Shown here piece after piece: positions 1 through 13,700 of a stretch of DNA of 64,000 nucleotides. Position 1 is the first letter of the stretch. Each line of letters begins with the position of its first letter. Origin of the DNA: Thalia democratica (taxonomy: Eukaryota). The position numbers and the translations under genes are program-made. The notes under the pieces were generated by a model. That model saw only the letters and a program-made list of their open reading frames with translations, was not told where the DNA came from and searched no databases. The DNA is taken from the NCBI GenBank assembly GCA_965202585.1, contig OZ241829.1, forward strand, positions 24,986,001 through 25,050,000. Direction: 5' to 3'.

Positions 1-3000
1 TTAAATTTAGAGCTTTTTTCTTGTAAAACTGAACAAACATATTAAGTTTTTGACAAGCGACTTTCAACTTATTTCAGTTTGCACAGGCTGATACAAACAT
101 ATACTTCACAATGTTTGATATCACTTAAACAGCTTTTGCAGATATTTTGTTCGTTCTTTTAAAAGTTAAAAGAGTTTTCCAAGAAATCACTAAATATACA
201 CAGTGATTATTTTAGAGACCTTAACACAAAAGTTGGAAGTTCTTTTATTTAGACTAGCTTAAGTAGTTATTATTATTGCATTTGAATTTTAGAATATGTT
301 ATTCTTTTTTTTTAGCTTAATTATAAATTTGTATACCTGTATTTTTGCGACAAATTTTTACAAATTTCAGGTTAAATTTTGATAAAAGCAGATGAATTTC
401 AAATCATTAACTTAAAATATTAACATTTCAAGTATATAGTTTCAAGTAAAAATTCAAGTTTAAAAAAGAGTTGTTGAAACACAAAAACGTTTGACACTTT
501 GACAAATAAACAATTAATACAAACACCCTGTTTATTTGTTCAGCTTGGTTTTACTAATTTTAGAAATTTGCTGTGATCAAAAACTGTGTTTGCTTTATAA
601 AGGCATACATCAAATTTTGACTTTAGGTAGATAAAAAAGTGTTTGTAACGTTTTATTTTGTCGTGAGTATAGTTCAGTGTTTGATCATTCTTGAGAGTAA
701 ACATAGCCAGTACAAACACAATGCTTTAATTGAATATGAAGCTTTGATGTCGTCGTTTTTTATAGTAAAAAGTATCTTTTAAACAATCAAGTTTAAGATA
801 ACTTTGGAACAGAGAGTCAATTGTTTTGCAAATACAAAAACTAAAGCGTTTCATCTGCACTTGAGCACTGCTGTGCTCCATAGGTTGAAGGTTAAAAAAG
901 TTTTTAAGTCTTTGTTTTAACAACTTGTGGTTTACTGCTTAGTATGGTAAAAGGAAAGAATAATTTTGAATGAGTACACTTATGTTTGTTTGTATTAAAA
1001 TCTTAGTCAAAACGGTCTTATAAAAAGTTTTGTTGTTTTCAAAAGTGTGAATTAAAAGTAATCACAAGGGAAAATAAAAGTACAAGACACAAAATCATTA
1101 TCTTAAAATTATACTGTTTTCAAACAACTATCAAATATTTCAAGTGCTTATTTCACAGATTCAACTGTCAAACGTTCACAATAACAAAATTTACATAGTG
1201 TTTTCGAATTTTTTTCTTTAACGAATTCGAAGTAAGCTTATAGCTTGAAGTTATCTGTTACAATATTATTCATTAAAAAAACGGCAATTGTACAACTTAA
1301 TTATGACAACCGCCTAATCCCTATTTCATTCCAAATGAATACGGCTTAAAACAACGTCTTTTTATCAAACCATTTGAAATAGCTACAGCTTAAACAGTAT
1401 GGAAGTATAAATTAAAATGGTGTCCGTATACAGAAATTACCAACTTAAATGTAAGGAAAAATTAATATCACCTTAATTGTAGTTTATTTTGCAAAAGCGA
1501 GGCTTGTTACTGAAACTTTTGACAAAATGGTCGCTCGCGCTTTCAAGCAACGCATGTTCAAGTGAGAGAGGAAAAAATAAAAAGACGAATTGCCAGCTTA
1601 CCTACACGACAGCTCACTGAGAGAGGCGCAAGCATATAGCGCTACATAAGTAAGAATAATTTATAGAAAAGGTGCAGAGATTGGTGTCGGGTCACTTCGA
1701 AACATTGTTAAGTAGCTAATTGGCAAGTTTACCTGTTAGTTTTTTTTGTTTCCTTTGTTAATAAATATTACTTCGCTGTAGAACTGAAACATTTTTGTTT
1801 AAGAAAAGTTTATCGGCTCGATTAGTTTTCAGAACAGTTTAAAGCTTACGTTTGTTTCAGAGAGATTAAACTTGTTAGAATTAGTACAAAACACTTGTGA
1901 AGTAATTCGAAATGGTTCCGAAAGAACTGAAAATGTATTAGATAATTTTTCAGAGCTTTATGAGTAAATTTTTTGACAGTTTGATTAGTAACACGCGCTT
2001 GAGTTTAAAGAAATATTTTAATATTTTTTTTTAACATAAAGCTTTTATATTTTGTTATTTTTTAAAGCAAGTTTTTTGAGACTTATCATATTTTAGTTTT
2101 AGATTAAGAATTATACTTAAGGTTATAAAGGTCTATTATTTCCGGTTTTACTCTCTTTTTGTTATTATAATTTAAGATATTCTAGTAAAGCTACAAATTA
2201 GTTTACTATAGTTATTTTTAAAGGCTACTTATAAGTCTAAAGAGTTATTAATAACTTGGCTTTGTTTTGAAAGTTTTTAAGGTACCTTACTAAGTATTTC
2301 TTATAAAATTAAGCTACCTGAATTGATATGTTAAAAAGTTTTAAGTTTTTAATTTAACAACGTCTTTAAAATTTTAAGCAGCAAAACATTTATCTCACTC
2401 TTTTAACATTAAAACAACAATGTCATTTACTTAAGTTATTTAAGTTGTTTTCAAGCTAAAAACTTATAAGTTGTCTACGTATTAGTTCAGATAGGTCCAT
2501 TTTATAAGATAGTAAAGTACCTTAAATAATTTTAATTTTTAGCCTCAAAACAGACAGTAATTAAAACAGAATAAAAATAATATGCGATTATACAAAAACT
2601 TAAGTAGTTAAAATATCTTTGTGTTGTACGCTAGTATTGTAATTTTTCGCAGTTTGTATTGTTTAGAAAATGCTTTCAATAACCAACATAATTTATTCGA
2701 CAATAAAAAAAAAGAATCTTTTTAACAGCTTATAGTTTTTGAGTCTTTCAAGAAAAACTTTAGTTTTTTAGCATTATAAATCTTTGATTGTAAACAGAAC
2801 ACTTTTGGTAAGCTTTTTAGGAACTTATAAAAATAAAAGTATATTATTTTCATAAGATATGTGAAACACTTTTTTCTTTTTTGAAAGAAAACCAAAGGAT
2901 TATTTGTTAAACTTTTGGCAAAAATATAAAGCCACTTTAATAATTTTGAAAAAATTTAAACACACTCATGTCGTAATATAGAAAAAAACGAAACTATGTC

Positions 3001-3589
3001 CATAGAATCCTAAATTAAACATAAAAATTGTTCTGGCCGAAATTTATAAATTGTTATTGTTGCAAATGAGTAGTTGACAGCAAAATGCTTAAGCTAAGCA
3101 ATACAAACAATTTTTTTTATAAAACATAACATTTTAAGATGCGTTTAGTAGAAAAACACAGTATAACTTTATTAATTCATTTTTGTTTAGGTCGTCAGAA
3201 AACGTGATTAATTAATTGCTATTGATAACCATTGAATGATGTTGTTTGTATATTAAGTGGTTAGAAACTCACAAAATTTTGTAGTTGGCATTAACAAACC
3301 ATGTTATAAAACATTTTAATACGCAGTTTAAAACTATCGTTTTACATTTGTTGTTAAGCTGTCGAATCCGAAATTTAATATGTGTCAAGTTTCAAAGGCA
3401 GACCTCGGAAAAACGCGCAACTAATTGAACAACCTAGCAGCTTGTACCCAACTTCATTTTTAAAATCAAACGCTGTTAAGTTAAAACACAGTCATGTAGC
3501 AAGTGCTCTTCCTCTCCGGCGACTTTTCCATCAAGCTCGCGACGTGCGAGCCTGAACGTTAACTTGAACGCGCGCTCGGTGAACGATAA

Positions 3590-3702
3590 TGAATTGATGC
3601 CGAGATCTCCGAGCTCCGTTTTATTTTTATAATTCTTCTGTCGCTTCGGAAGAGCTGATTGATGGCCGGTGGTGTCTGTGGCGACTTTCCTTAGCAACCA
3701 AT
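3590..3702 (-). promoter_or_regulatory. Candidate divergent (antisense-facing) core promoter
   Basis: On the - strand, in order: CCAAT box (3698-3702), X-box-like CTTTCCTTAGCAAC (3685-3698), TGATTGATGG Pbx/Hox-type site (3656-3665), TATAAAA (3625-3631) and Inr-like TCAATTC near 3595. Confidence 0.4.
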
Positions 3703-4372
3703 CGTTCGCCCGCTTGCAACCGCTACAAGCTTCTGTCGAGTTTTGAGTAGAAAACGATCCGAAAAAACCTGCCTGAATTCAGAAATGACTTTAAACAGTT
3801 CAGGAAACAAGGATCAATTGACTTATGTGTTTTAATTAAAACTCAACTCTTAATTGAGCCAGCGTAAAGCACTTACATGGTCGCTTATTGATTTTATAAC
3901 TAAATGGAGCAGTGAATATTCGCTTAAAACGTTTTAAGGCTTTTGTAAGTACTGAAGCTTGATAGAAAACGCTTGTGTTGAACTAAGTACTTTATTTTTT
4001 TTATGCTTAGCGATTTAAGCGTTAGCTCAACAATAAAACTTTATACAGTCCTCTTCCAGCTTAAATAAAACAGCATGATGTTCAATAAAGACTCAATTGA
4101 CCAAAATTAACTTAAAAAAAAAAACGATCGAAACTTATTAAAAAAATAGTATAGAAACGAAAGCACATGCATCAATTAATTTATTCTAATCCGCGAACCG
4201 GGGCTTCAGTTTTTTCCTGCCTTTTCAGTTAGCCGCACCGGAGCGTTGAGCAGAAAACTTTTAAGCTCCCTTCGTGATCCGACAAGCGAGAGAGACAAGT
4301 TAATCTCTAAGAAGACACGCTCCACGAGACTTGAAGAGGAAAATCCGCTTTCACGCACAGCCCCCACCGAAG

Positions 4373-4386
4373 GTTGTCATGGCAAC
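4373..4386. promoter_or_regulatory. RFX X-box in the probable Meis promoter
   Basis: GTTGTCATGGCAAC fits the 14-bp X-box consensus. Confidence 0.65.
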
Positions 4387-4698
4387 TCGACCGTGCCAGG
4401 CTGAAAGCATCACGAAAAAAAAGCGGGCCTTTTCGAGTGGGTACAACGCTTTATGGGGGAAAGAATACCCATAAGTTTTTAGGTTGTGTTTTGTACCCCC
4501 AATATTTTTTTGTTTCATATTGTTCTTCTTTGTATATGCGTACCTTTTTGTTGTAACCCGCGTGCCCTGCCCCCCTTATGGTTTTTATCCCCTTTTGTTC
4601 GTGCACCGTCGAAACTTAATCTTCTTACAGCTTACAAATGGTGTGTGTCTGTTTAAACAAAATATTTGTTGAGATTGAGCTTAAACGTTGTGAGGTGG

Positions 4699-4701
4699 AT
4701 G
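4699..4701 (+). CDS. Meis: Probable Meis exon 1 coding part (start ATG directly followed by the donor); 5' UTR extends upstream, TSS roughly 4.3-4.45 kb
   Basis: GATG|GTAAGG is a strong phase-0 donor at the end of a GC-richer promoter/UTR island. It joins in frame to CAA TTC GAC GAC at 19099 (M-QFDD, like the vertebrate MAQR|YDD split). An internal ATG at 19114 is an alternative start. Confidence 0.55.
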
Positions 4702-7700
4702 GTAAGGCTTGTTGTCATGATTGATTTAATGCTTTAAATGGGACAATAAAAGTTAAATTTTGAAGAAAAGTCGAACAACAAACGAAAAAAAACGGGTTTT
4801 TGCATTTTAGTAAAATATATACCTTTTTAAGTATTACAGGTTTTTTTGTAGTTTTATGTATAAAAATACAATAAAAAACCAAATAGGCTCTAAAAGTTAA
4901 AAAACTAAAAAAACCGTTAAAAACGTTGTACCTAACAAAGTAACTTTGTTAGAATACTCCAATTAAATTTTCTGACACTGTATTTAAAGTTTTATCATCA
5001 TGAGAAAAATATTAAATTACGACAGTCGAAAGTAAACAAACTCAAGATAGTCAAACTGACAATTTGATATCAAGTTTAATTTCCCTTTTCAAAGTTTGTA
5101 TTTTGTTTAACTAACTTCATGTTTCTTGTCAATTATGATTTTACAAAGTGTTTAAGTTAATAAAAGTGGTCAAGACGAATAAAATAAAAATATAAGCAAC
5201 CGTATATTTTCTTACACATGTGATTTAGTTTAATGTTGTTGGTATAAAAACTTGTAAACTAATTTAAAACTTAAATAGATACCGATTTAGCGAGATCTAA
5301 ATGCTATAGACAAAATATATTTTTCTCTAGAAAATAAAGCTCTTTGTTTTATTATAAGTTTTATTTATACTAACTCTTGAGTAAAGGTATGTAATTATAA
5401 ATATTACGATTTTTTAAATGTTACAGGTTTTAGTTATAGCTGAGTAAACCTAGTTTAATATAAAGCAAGAAATAAAGACGACACAGTCTTGACATTAAGA
5501 CCCAACAACTGTCATGAGCTGTCATTTCATGTCCTGGTAAAAAAAAAAGTAACTTTGTTTTGTTTTAAAAAGTTGTTATTCATAGAATTTATAGCTTACA
5601 GCTTGTTCTTTAAGTTATTCAAAAGTAATAACGCATTAGAAAATGCGTATATAGTAAAAAATACACTTTTTTACAAAACATTAAAAATAGAAACATTTTA
5701 GTAAAAATGGCGTTGTTATGCTTTAGCTTTAGTAATCGGTTAGTAAGAAATTGATTAAAAGTTTTTGAACTTGTGTAAATTTAGGTTCGAACTAGTAAAA
5801 ATAAATATTCACTAAACAAATAAAAACTACAAGAATAAGTTATAGATAGACTTTAGTCTTTCTTATACATAAATACTTTTTAAATTTGTTATATATTGTT
5901 TCGAGCTACTTATTTTTCTACTATTATAATTAACTTCTAAAAAAATGTTAACTTAAGTCTTATTTTATGTTCTTTATTATTTTTTTTAGTCTTTGATAGT
6001 TTTTTTTTATATTTAATAATTAATCTCACGTTATAAGCAAATAATGTTTTGATTCTAATGCAATCATGTCACTCGTTATTGACGTTGTTGACATATTTCG
6101 AATTGTTTTTTACTTTTGAAGTTTTTTGTTTAGACTTGAGATGTTAGTTTATTTTTATTATGTTTATTTTTTTGTTTTAATACTAACTTTTTTTATTATG
6201 TTAAGATTGAATTTTTTAAAACTAAACAGTAATTGTCTTTAAAATTTAAATTATAACGTTTAGTGTAAGCAACCATAAGAAAATATAGTTTTTTAGAAAA
6301 TCTAAGCTTATAAATCTTATATTTCGGGTTTATAAAGTTTTGCATGGTGCTATATCTATTCTAAACAAAAATGAACTTTTAAATATATTCTACTTTACTA
6401 AATGCTTATCAGGTAGCTTTACTTACAAGCAGCTGACTATTTTCAAAAATTGACCTTTGAAATTTTAAACAAACTGCTCTTTCACTAGGTCTTAGATCAA
6501 TTCTTCTAAAGCAGCAATCCCGTTTGTAACCGGCTAATTTAAACCGAGGCGTCTTTAGGCTTAGTAGACGGGTACCATAAAAATCTAAACCGACTTCGAT
6601 TTGTATCGAAATTGAGGGATTAAGATTTCAATTTTTATTATCAAGATGAGAGATATCAGCTTTCTCATCTGCAAGACTTCGTTCCTGTCAAGATATGATC
6701 AGAGACAGATAAAAAGACCGAGTCGACTCGCACACACAACTTAATAAAACATGCAGAAACAGGCAAATCAAAGAACTTTTTTCAGCCAGTAAGGAAGAAG
6801 TAACTTGTGACAGGAGCCTTGATAGCAATTGATTTAGTCCAGACATCTGGTTGTTAAGCAAGAGCAAGTATCTGGTCTTGCTGTTAAATTATATTTCTAT
6901 GGATGATGTTTTCTTTGCCAAAGTTATAAGCAAAGCCTATTTTCACGTTGTATCTGGCTATAACCTGTTTCGCTGTCATTTTTCCTGTTCTGAAGTTTTA
7001 ACATAAGTTACATACAGATCGTTGTTTTTAACTGAACATGCCACAAAAAAAAACTGGGTTTTAGCACATCTGGTTTTTGTCAGCAATTTAAAACCATGCT
7101 ATCAATGGTTTTTTTTTCTCATTGATTTTTTTTAAGCTATTTTCTTGGTAGTTGGGTGTGATTTACATAAAACATACTTGAAAACAAATGTCTGTTAAAA
7201 CTATGTTATGAAATGTTTAAGCAATTGTAAGTAAATTAGTTTTTAAAGCAATATAGTATACAAGTGCGTATATGAGTGTCAAATGCTTAAAAAAATCTAC
7301 TCTAAGCGTGATCTAAACTTATCTTTCGTATTAAAATTTAACAGAAAAACAAAGTTTTATTAGGATGTACGTACATTAAACTTTTGAGTTTTTTGATTTA
7401 TTTACCAAGTGAAGTAACAACTTTTTAAGAAAATATATTTACTTCAATTTCAAAAAAAAAATAAACGGTATATTTAACATTTAAAAAAGTTTTTCATCTA
7501 AATAGAATTTTATAATATAATAAAGTCGGTGTTTTGCAGCTAAACTATGAGTTTATTTTAAGGTAACTTGCATGAAATAAATATCGTCAATTTTCTTATT
7601 ATCCACATCGCAATAATTCAAACATTTAATATCGACTTTATCGTGTTTTACCTAGCTTAGTTCATTCTTTAAATTTTCTACAAAAATACTTATTCAAACG

Positions 7701-10700
7701 CAAAAAGACATCGTTATAAAGAGTAGTCAGTGTTTTATAAAAAACAGTTTTATTCAAAACTTTTGTATAGATGTATATGTAATACAACTGTTATACTATT
7801 CCTTAATTTATTTAAAATATTAGTTATATTTCTTTTGTACCTGTTAAAAGTTGTCTCACAGAAATAATCGAGTAGAAAAAAATATACTCAAAACATTACT
7901 TTTCCTTCTTAAAACCAGCTTAATCTTAATAAGCATTGATAGAAAATAGTAAGTCCGTAGTGTGAGAAAATCATATGTTTCACACATTAATCGTTTACTT
8001 AAGTTGCTTAAATTTTTAGTTTAAGCAAGAAAGCAGAGTTTACAAATAACATAATTCGAACGGCTTATTGAAGTGTTTTGCAAACTTTTAAATACATGAC
8101 ATATCGAAATACATACAGAGATAACATAATTAAGTTTCGGCGACTTGTTTTGGCACTGAGATTATCTTTATTAAGACGACAAGCCAAATTGGTGATAAAT
8201 GCTGTGCTTTCTGACTTACGTGCGTATGAAATTATTTTGATTACTGTTTCACAGCTTTTAATTAAAAGTGTTCTAATTGAATTTTTATTATAAAAAATGT
8301 GAATAAAAAAATTTGCAGCAAACTGAAAATTTCTAAATAAACTTAAAACATTTGAAAAAATTTGTTTTAAACTGTTTAAATAATATTTTTTAGTTATAAA
8401 TCTTAAATCTAAAGCTTTTTATATACATAAATGAGTGAAGTTAGAAAGGTGTTGCTTAATGATGTTCTAGCGAAATCATTGTATAAGTTTTGAAAGCTTT
8501 TTTAAAGGTTTTCAGTACATGCTAGAATAGTCATTAACATTTTTTATAATAAATTTAAAAAATAGTTCCAGAATTAATATCCGCCTACTTTTAATAAAAA
8601 ACTTTATTCGTAGAAAACAACACGTTCAACAAGCATAAATTTATCACGCTTTAAAATCCTCGGTAGGCAAATAATAGTGGCAATAAAAGTCAAGCTTGTT
8701 TGCCCAATACTTTGTACGGAACAGCAAATCAAATTGCTTTACGACGTCGTCACATTTACCGGTTGTTCTTACGAAACAGCAAAAAACAGGTGGCCATAAT
8801 CGCTGCTTAGTTTTTAATTGTTTTTTCTATATTTGTGCAAGGATTAAAAAAAAATTATAAAAAACTTATTATTTCTGTGTTAAAAACTACTAAAGTTTTG
8901 TTAATTTGTTTAACATACAAGCATTGTATTTAACTCAATGTACTTAATTAAACTTTGCATTGTACAAAAACTTTCCTGTATTTTGAATACTTCTTACGTT
9001 GTCGAGTGTGCACAGCTTTTACTGAAAAATCCAAAGCGTAATTGCTTTATCGCGTCCTTGTTTACTTTTCTGTAACAAATGTTTGCTTTTCCAACATTGC
9101 AGTTTAAAAAAAATTGTCTTCCATATTAATTACCCAGATGGTCGCTGCTCGTAAATTATGGGTAGCTGACGTGCACGGTTGTCAATAGTTACCGCGGTCG
9201 AAGACTCAGCAGAGACCTGGTTTAATCAAAATAGCTGAGAACGATATTTTTTAATTTGATAATACGCTAAGAAAATAAACAACTTTGTTTTTAATTTCAA
9301 GGAGCGGAGTTGCGAGTTCCTTTAATAAGTCTTATCTGGTTCTCATGGCGCCATATTTTAATGAATAAGTTTTAATCTTGCTTTGCAAAAACCGGTTCTT
9401 ATCAGAATGCTTGATACGCAAAACAGTATTATTATTATTTTAATTTAAGTTATCACAAGAAAACGTTTATACGATCATTCTAAGTTTTGAAGCTTACTTT
9501 ATATTTGAAAACGTTTTATTAATTTTCGTCAGATTTTTTACGCCTTGTGAGCTAAAAAAAACTATATATATATTTGCAGTTTTATTATAAGTTTTTTATT
9601 AATATTTTGTTTCTTACAAAAAAAAAATGTATATATACATAAATTTAATGATAAAAGTTTTTTGAAAAGCACATGTTAAAACAAATATTATTAATAGTTA
9701 AATATTATTGGCTGAATAAAATCCTTCCTCAGTGTCATCAAGTTTTTATTCGTGATTTGAAACAATTTAAAACATAAAACAATTTGTAAATATTTGTTTT
9801 TGCTTATTAAATGTAGTTACTCGCTTTTTATTAAAACAAATTTTTAGAGAAGAAAATTAAACTGAAATGCTTGGCAGTCAGTTGAAATTAGGCCCCAACA
9901 AAATTTTCTTGTGAGTGACAATACTTCGCCAGTTGTTTATTATTTGGTACAGTTTTCTTTTTATAAAAATTTTCACCAGTTTATTTATAAACTCAAGTGT
10001 GAAATTTATAATTTAAACTTATTTCTAGCGATTATTGATGTAGAGTTTAAGAAGAAATTTGACAAAAACGCAAAAGCAAACTCAGAAGTATTTTGATAAA
10101 ATTATTTTTAAAGCATGTTGCTTTAGGTCTAACACCACCTTTCAGATTTAGTTTAATTTCGTCCATCAAAGTTTCATTAAATTGTTTGAAAGCTTCCTTA
10201 ACACTGTTGATAACAAGCATAATCATTGCAAATAAACTAAAAACTCTGCTAAGTGCCCAATAATTTCGACAAGAGTTTTGTTTGAAAGGAGGTGTATCAC
10301 TTGCTAATGCCTGTCAAAACAAACACTGCTCTCAGTATAGAGACTTTTCGCATCCTTTCTCCGGTCTGATAAGTCTCACATCTGACGGACTTTGTTTACC
10401 GGGCGCTGTCAAAACCTTTCTCGTTGCTAAGCAGTTTTCTTGTTGATTCCCGGATCGCCCACGACGGCTGACTAATTCCCGCTAACACCCCTGCTGTCAG
10501 CCATCAGAAAAAACTTCCTTGATAACGAAAAACAGCGGGTTTTTTGATAATCCAGATAAATGCAGCGTACGTGTCTGAACCTTTGAATAGGGGTGAACTT
10601 AAGTTTAGCAATAATATAGATAACGCCGCAGCGATGTTAACACGGGGCACTAACACATCCCGGAAGATAAACCCCGTTAGTTCGGTTTTTGTTTTCAATA

Positions 10701-13700
10701 AGATAAAAGTTTTAACGTCAAGTTTACAATGTACAAAAGCGGCGGCTGATTACCGAACAAGGCAACTACAGAAAAACGGGGACACATTTTTCGAATCGAT
10801 TACCAGTAATTGACGATGATACAAACAACCGTCTACGCTGCGTGGCAACCGCCACTTTCAATTTCGTTGCTACGACAACCGATACTTGATCGATAAACAC
10901 AAGCATGCTTAATCTGACGCTGCCGGTTGTCAAGGCGACCACCGAATCCCCTTTTCTTTTGTTTTCATTGATTTTCTGTTAGTTTTGTTTTGTCTCATTA
11001 CTAAGTTGAAGATTACGAGCAACGATCTTTGTTTTTCGAAACTGTTACAAGAAACGAGAAAATAATCAAATTGCTAGAAGCAACATTTAGCTGCTTTATA
11101 TACCATTGTATGAATTGTAATTATTAAATATAATACAAAGTATCTTGTACTTGTTCAAATATCGGATTAGGAAGATTTTTTAGTTTATGTCGAATGCATA
11201 TTTAAAATTTCGCAGTGTCAGATTAGTGTTGTTTGTTAGTACAACTAAAACTTTTTGTTTATAAATTATAAGCATAAAAAATATTGTAGTCTTATTTTTA
11301 TTAGAACATGTCATAAAATTTGTTTAATAGTTTAGACACTGTTGAATCCTTTATTTGTTGTTGTAGCTAAACTTATACTTTTTAATACCATTATTTTTTT
11401 TTCAAATAAAGCTTTTTTAGTTAAAAAACTCAGTTATATAATTTTAAAGTTTTTAATCTACTTATAGCTTAAACTTTACCATGAATTAAAAGAATGACAA
11501 AATTTAAATTAAAATATTTGTACCAAGACATGTTTTGTTTATAAAAATATTCTTAAAATTAGTAGTTTCAGTGAGGATTCTTACAGCAAAACTAAATAGT
11601 TTATAAAGTTTACATATTTTAAAGAACACCTACAATTAAAAACAATATCAACAATTTAAATATCATGGTATGACAATTTCATTATCTTTTTAAGCTTAAC
11701 GTTTAGTAGGGATTTTTATGACATGAAAAACAAACAGCAATCAGCTAATAATAGTTTTTTATGCAGAAACAAAATTAGCAGCAGAGTAAACAAACTTCTG
11801 TCTCTGCCGTGCCATGACAAATCATTAGTGTTAATTAAGAAAACTTCTTTATCTGTTAATTTGCACTGAGCAGTAAACAAAACTCAGGACTGGCCGACTC
11901 TGACCAAATCACGAGCCGTCTCGGTTTGAGCCGTCCGCCGCAAATACGACAATCAGCCTGCGAATTGTGACGTCATAAACACACCGAACTGCTGCGGATT
12001 CTTTCGAGGCGAGTTGTCAACCAACACAGCGTTGATCGTAAACCTTTTGTTTTCCAACCCAAACAATCACGCTTCATGCCTAGCATGACCGTAGTAGTTC
12101 GTTTGAAAAGTCTTGAACGCGCACAAACGTTGCACCGCAAATAGTTCATGCGAAGGTGCAAGTTGTGTTGCTCGTAACTGAATCGTTAATTTAGTTTGTT
12201 ATTTTGTTATTTCTAAATTTATGGTTAATTTTTTTTTGTCACTGTAAAGCTTTTTTTTTCCTGAAATTAGAAAACAGTCATAACTGTTTGTTTTTCTTGA
12301 CTCGTGTAAATTTCTATTGTTTAACGCGCGTTTGAGCCGTTCGCATTTTATTGATGACCATGTCGCTAGCGCAAAGCTCCTTTTGTACAGTGACACTGTT
12401 GCCTGCATGCTAGAAAGCTGAGCACAGTGATGGCAGCATATGCTTGCTTGCGAATGACTAATCCGACTGCTTTTTAAATGTTTGTGTTTTCGCCACAAAC
12501 AAGCTTTGACTAACATTTAAGCCTCGCATCTAATTTAAATTGTTTACTTTGAGTTCTGTTTTAAAGGTTAGGTAGGCCTGCGCAATGAATTTTAATTTAA
12601 AGCAGTTGTAGCAAAATTAATGATTAAAATTAATGTGCTTTTGTTTTAGTACTTGTATGCTTTTAAGCATTTTCATTTGATTTTTAAAAGGTTAACAGTC
12701 ATCTTTTACCTATATGCTAAAAAAATAAAATGTTATAATAAACACCAGTTAATTTTTTTACCCCTATTTGTTAGTAGATTTTTATGCAAATAATTTAAAT
12801 CTCATGTAGGTAATTTAAAATTAGTTTTTTTTCTAGAAAGATTCTTTTAATATGATTACTTTAAACCTGTTATATTCTAAAAATACCTTTGAAAAGCGCG
12901 TAAGATAAAAGTGCGATGGAAACTTGTAAGCCGATAAAAAACCAACTTAATATGAAAAATAAGTGAGTTTGTGCCAAAAGTTATTAAGATTAGACGTTAA
13001 CATAACAAAAGTGCAAAGCTAGTTAGGCCACCTTGTTCAAAATTAAATACTACCTCGTCAATTATACTAATCTAACTACTTGAAGTTATTTGGCAAGTAC
13101 TTAAAGAAATTAGTTGCTAAAAAAAGAAAATATTTAAGAAATTCGACCTGCTTTGTTTTAGTTTGCTAATTTAAATGGTGCTTGTTTGTGTTACAATTAT
13201 CTTAAAAAATAAGATAGTATGTTAAAAAATCATTTTACAGTTTATATTAAATACAATACAGTAACTAAAAGTCACTTAACTTTTTTGATAATTTATAAAT
13301 ACAAGAAGTATAATATAAATAAGTAAAAAGCTATACCACCAAAACTAGTTATGTTTTATTAAAAAAAACTCATGATTTATATAATCTATAACTTTACTAA
13401 ATATTAAAAACAAAATTAGACAAATTAAGTATATTTATACTTTGTTTTACATATACTCAGATAAACTTGAAATCAAAGTCACAATAACATTTCTTTTTTT
13501 CAATAAGCTTAAAAAGTTACAGAAAAAACTGAGTTTTAACCTACTAATGTACTGTTTTTTTATTATTTACCCAGCTGCAACAATTTGTTTTTTTTTGAAA
13601 TCATCCACTTTTGCAAAGCCCTTATTATCCTCTTAAGTTTTTATCGTTCTGCTGTTGCCAAGTGGGTTGAATTTCACAAATTGGATTTGGTAACATTAAA

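Noticed and set aside
4379-4474. ATG GCA ACT CGA (MATR), resembling the vertebrate MAQR first exon
   Set aside because: The ATG is the centre of the X-box, no phase-0 donor follows, and the frame stops after 31 codons.
4932-4952. Short hairpins, e.g. CTAACAAAG/CTTTGTTAG here and GCTGCTCAG/CTGAGCAGC at 27569-27616
   Set aside because: Stems of 9-10 bp are expected by chance in 64 kb.
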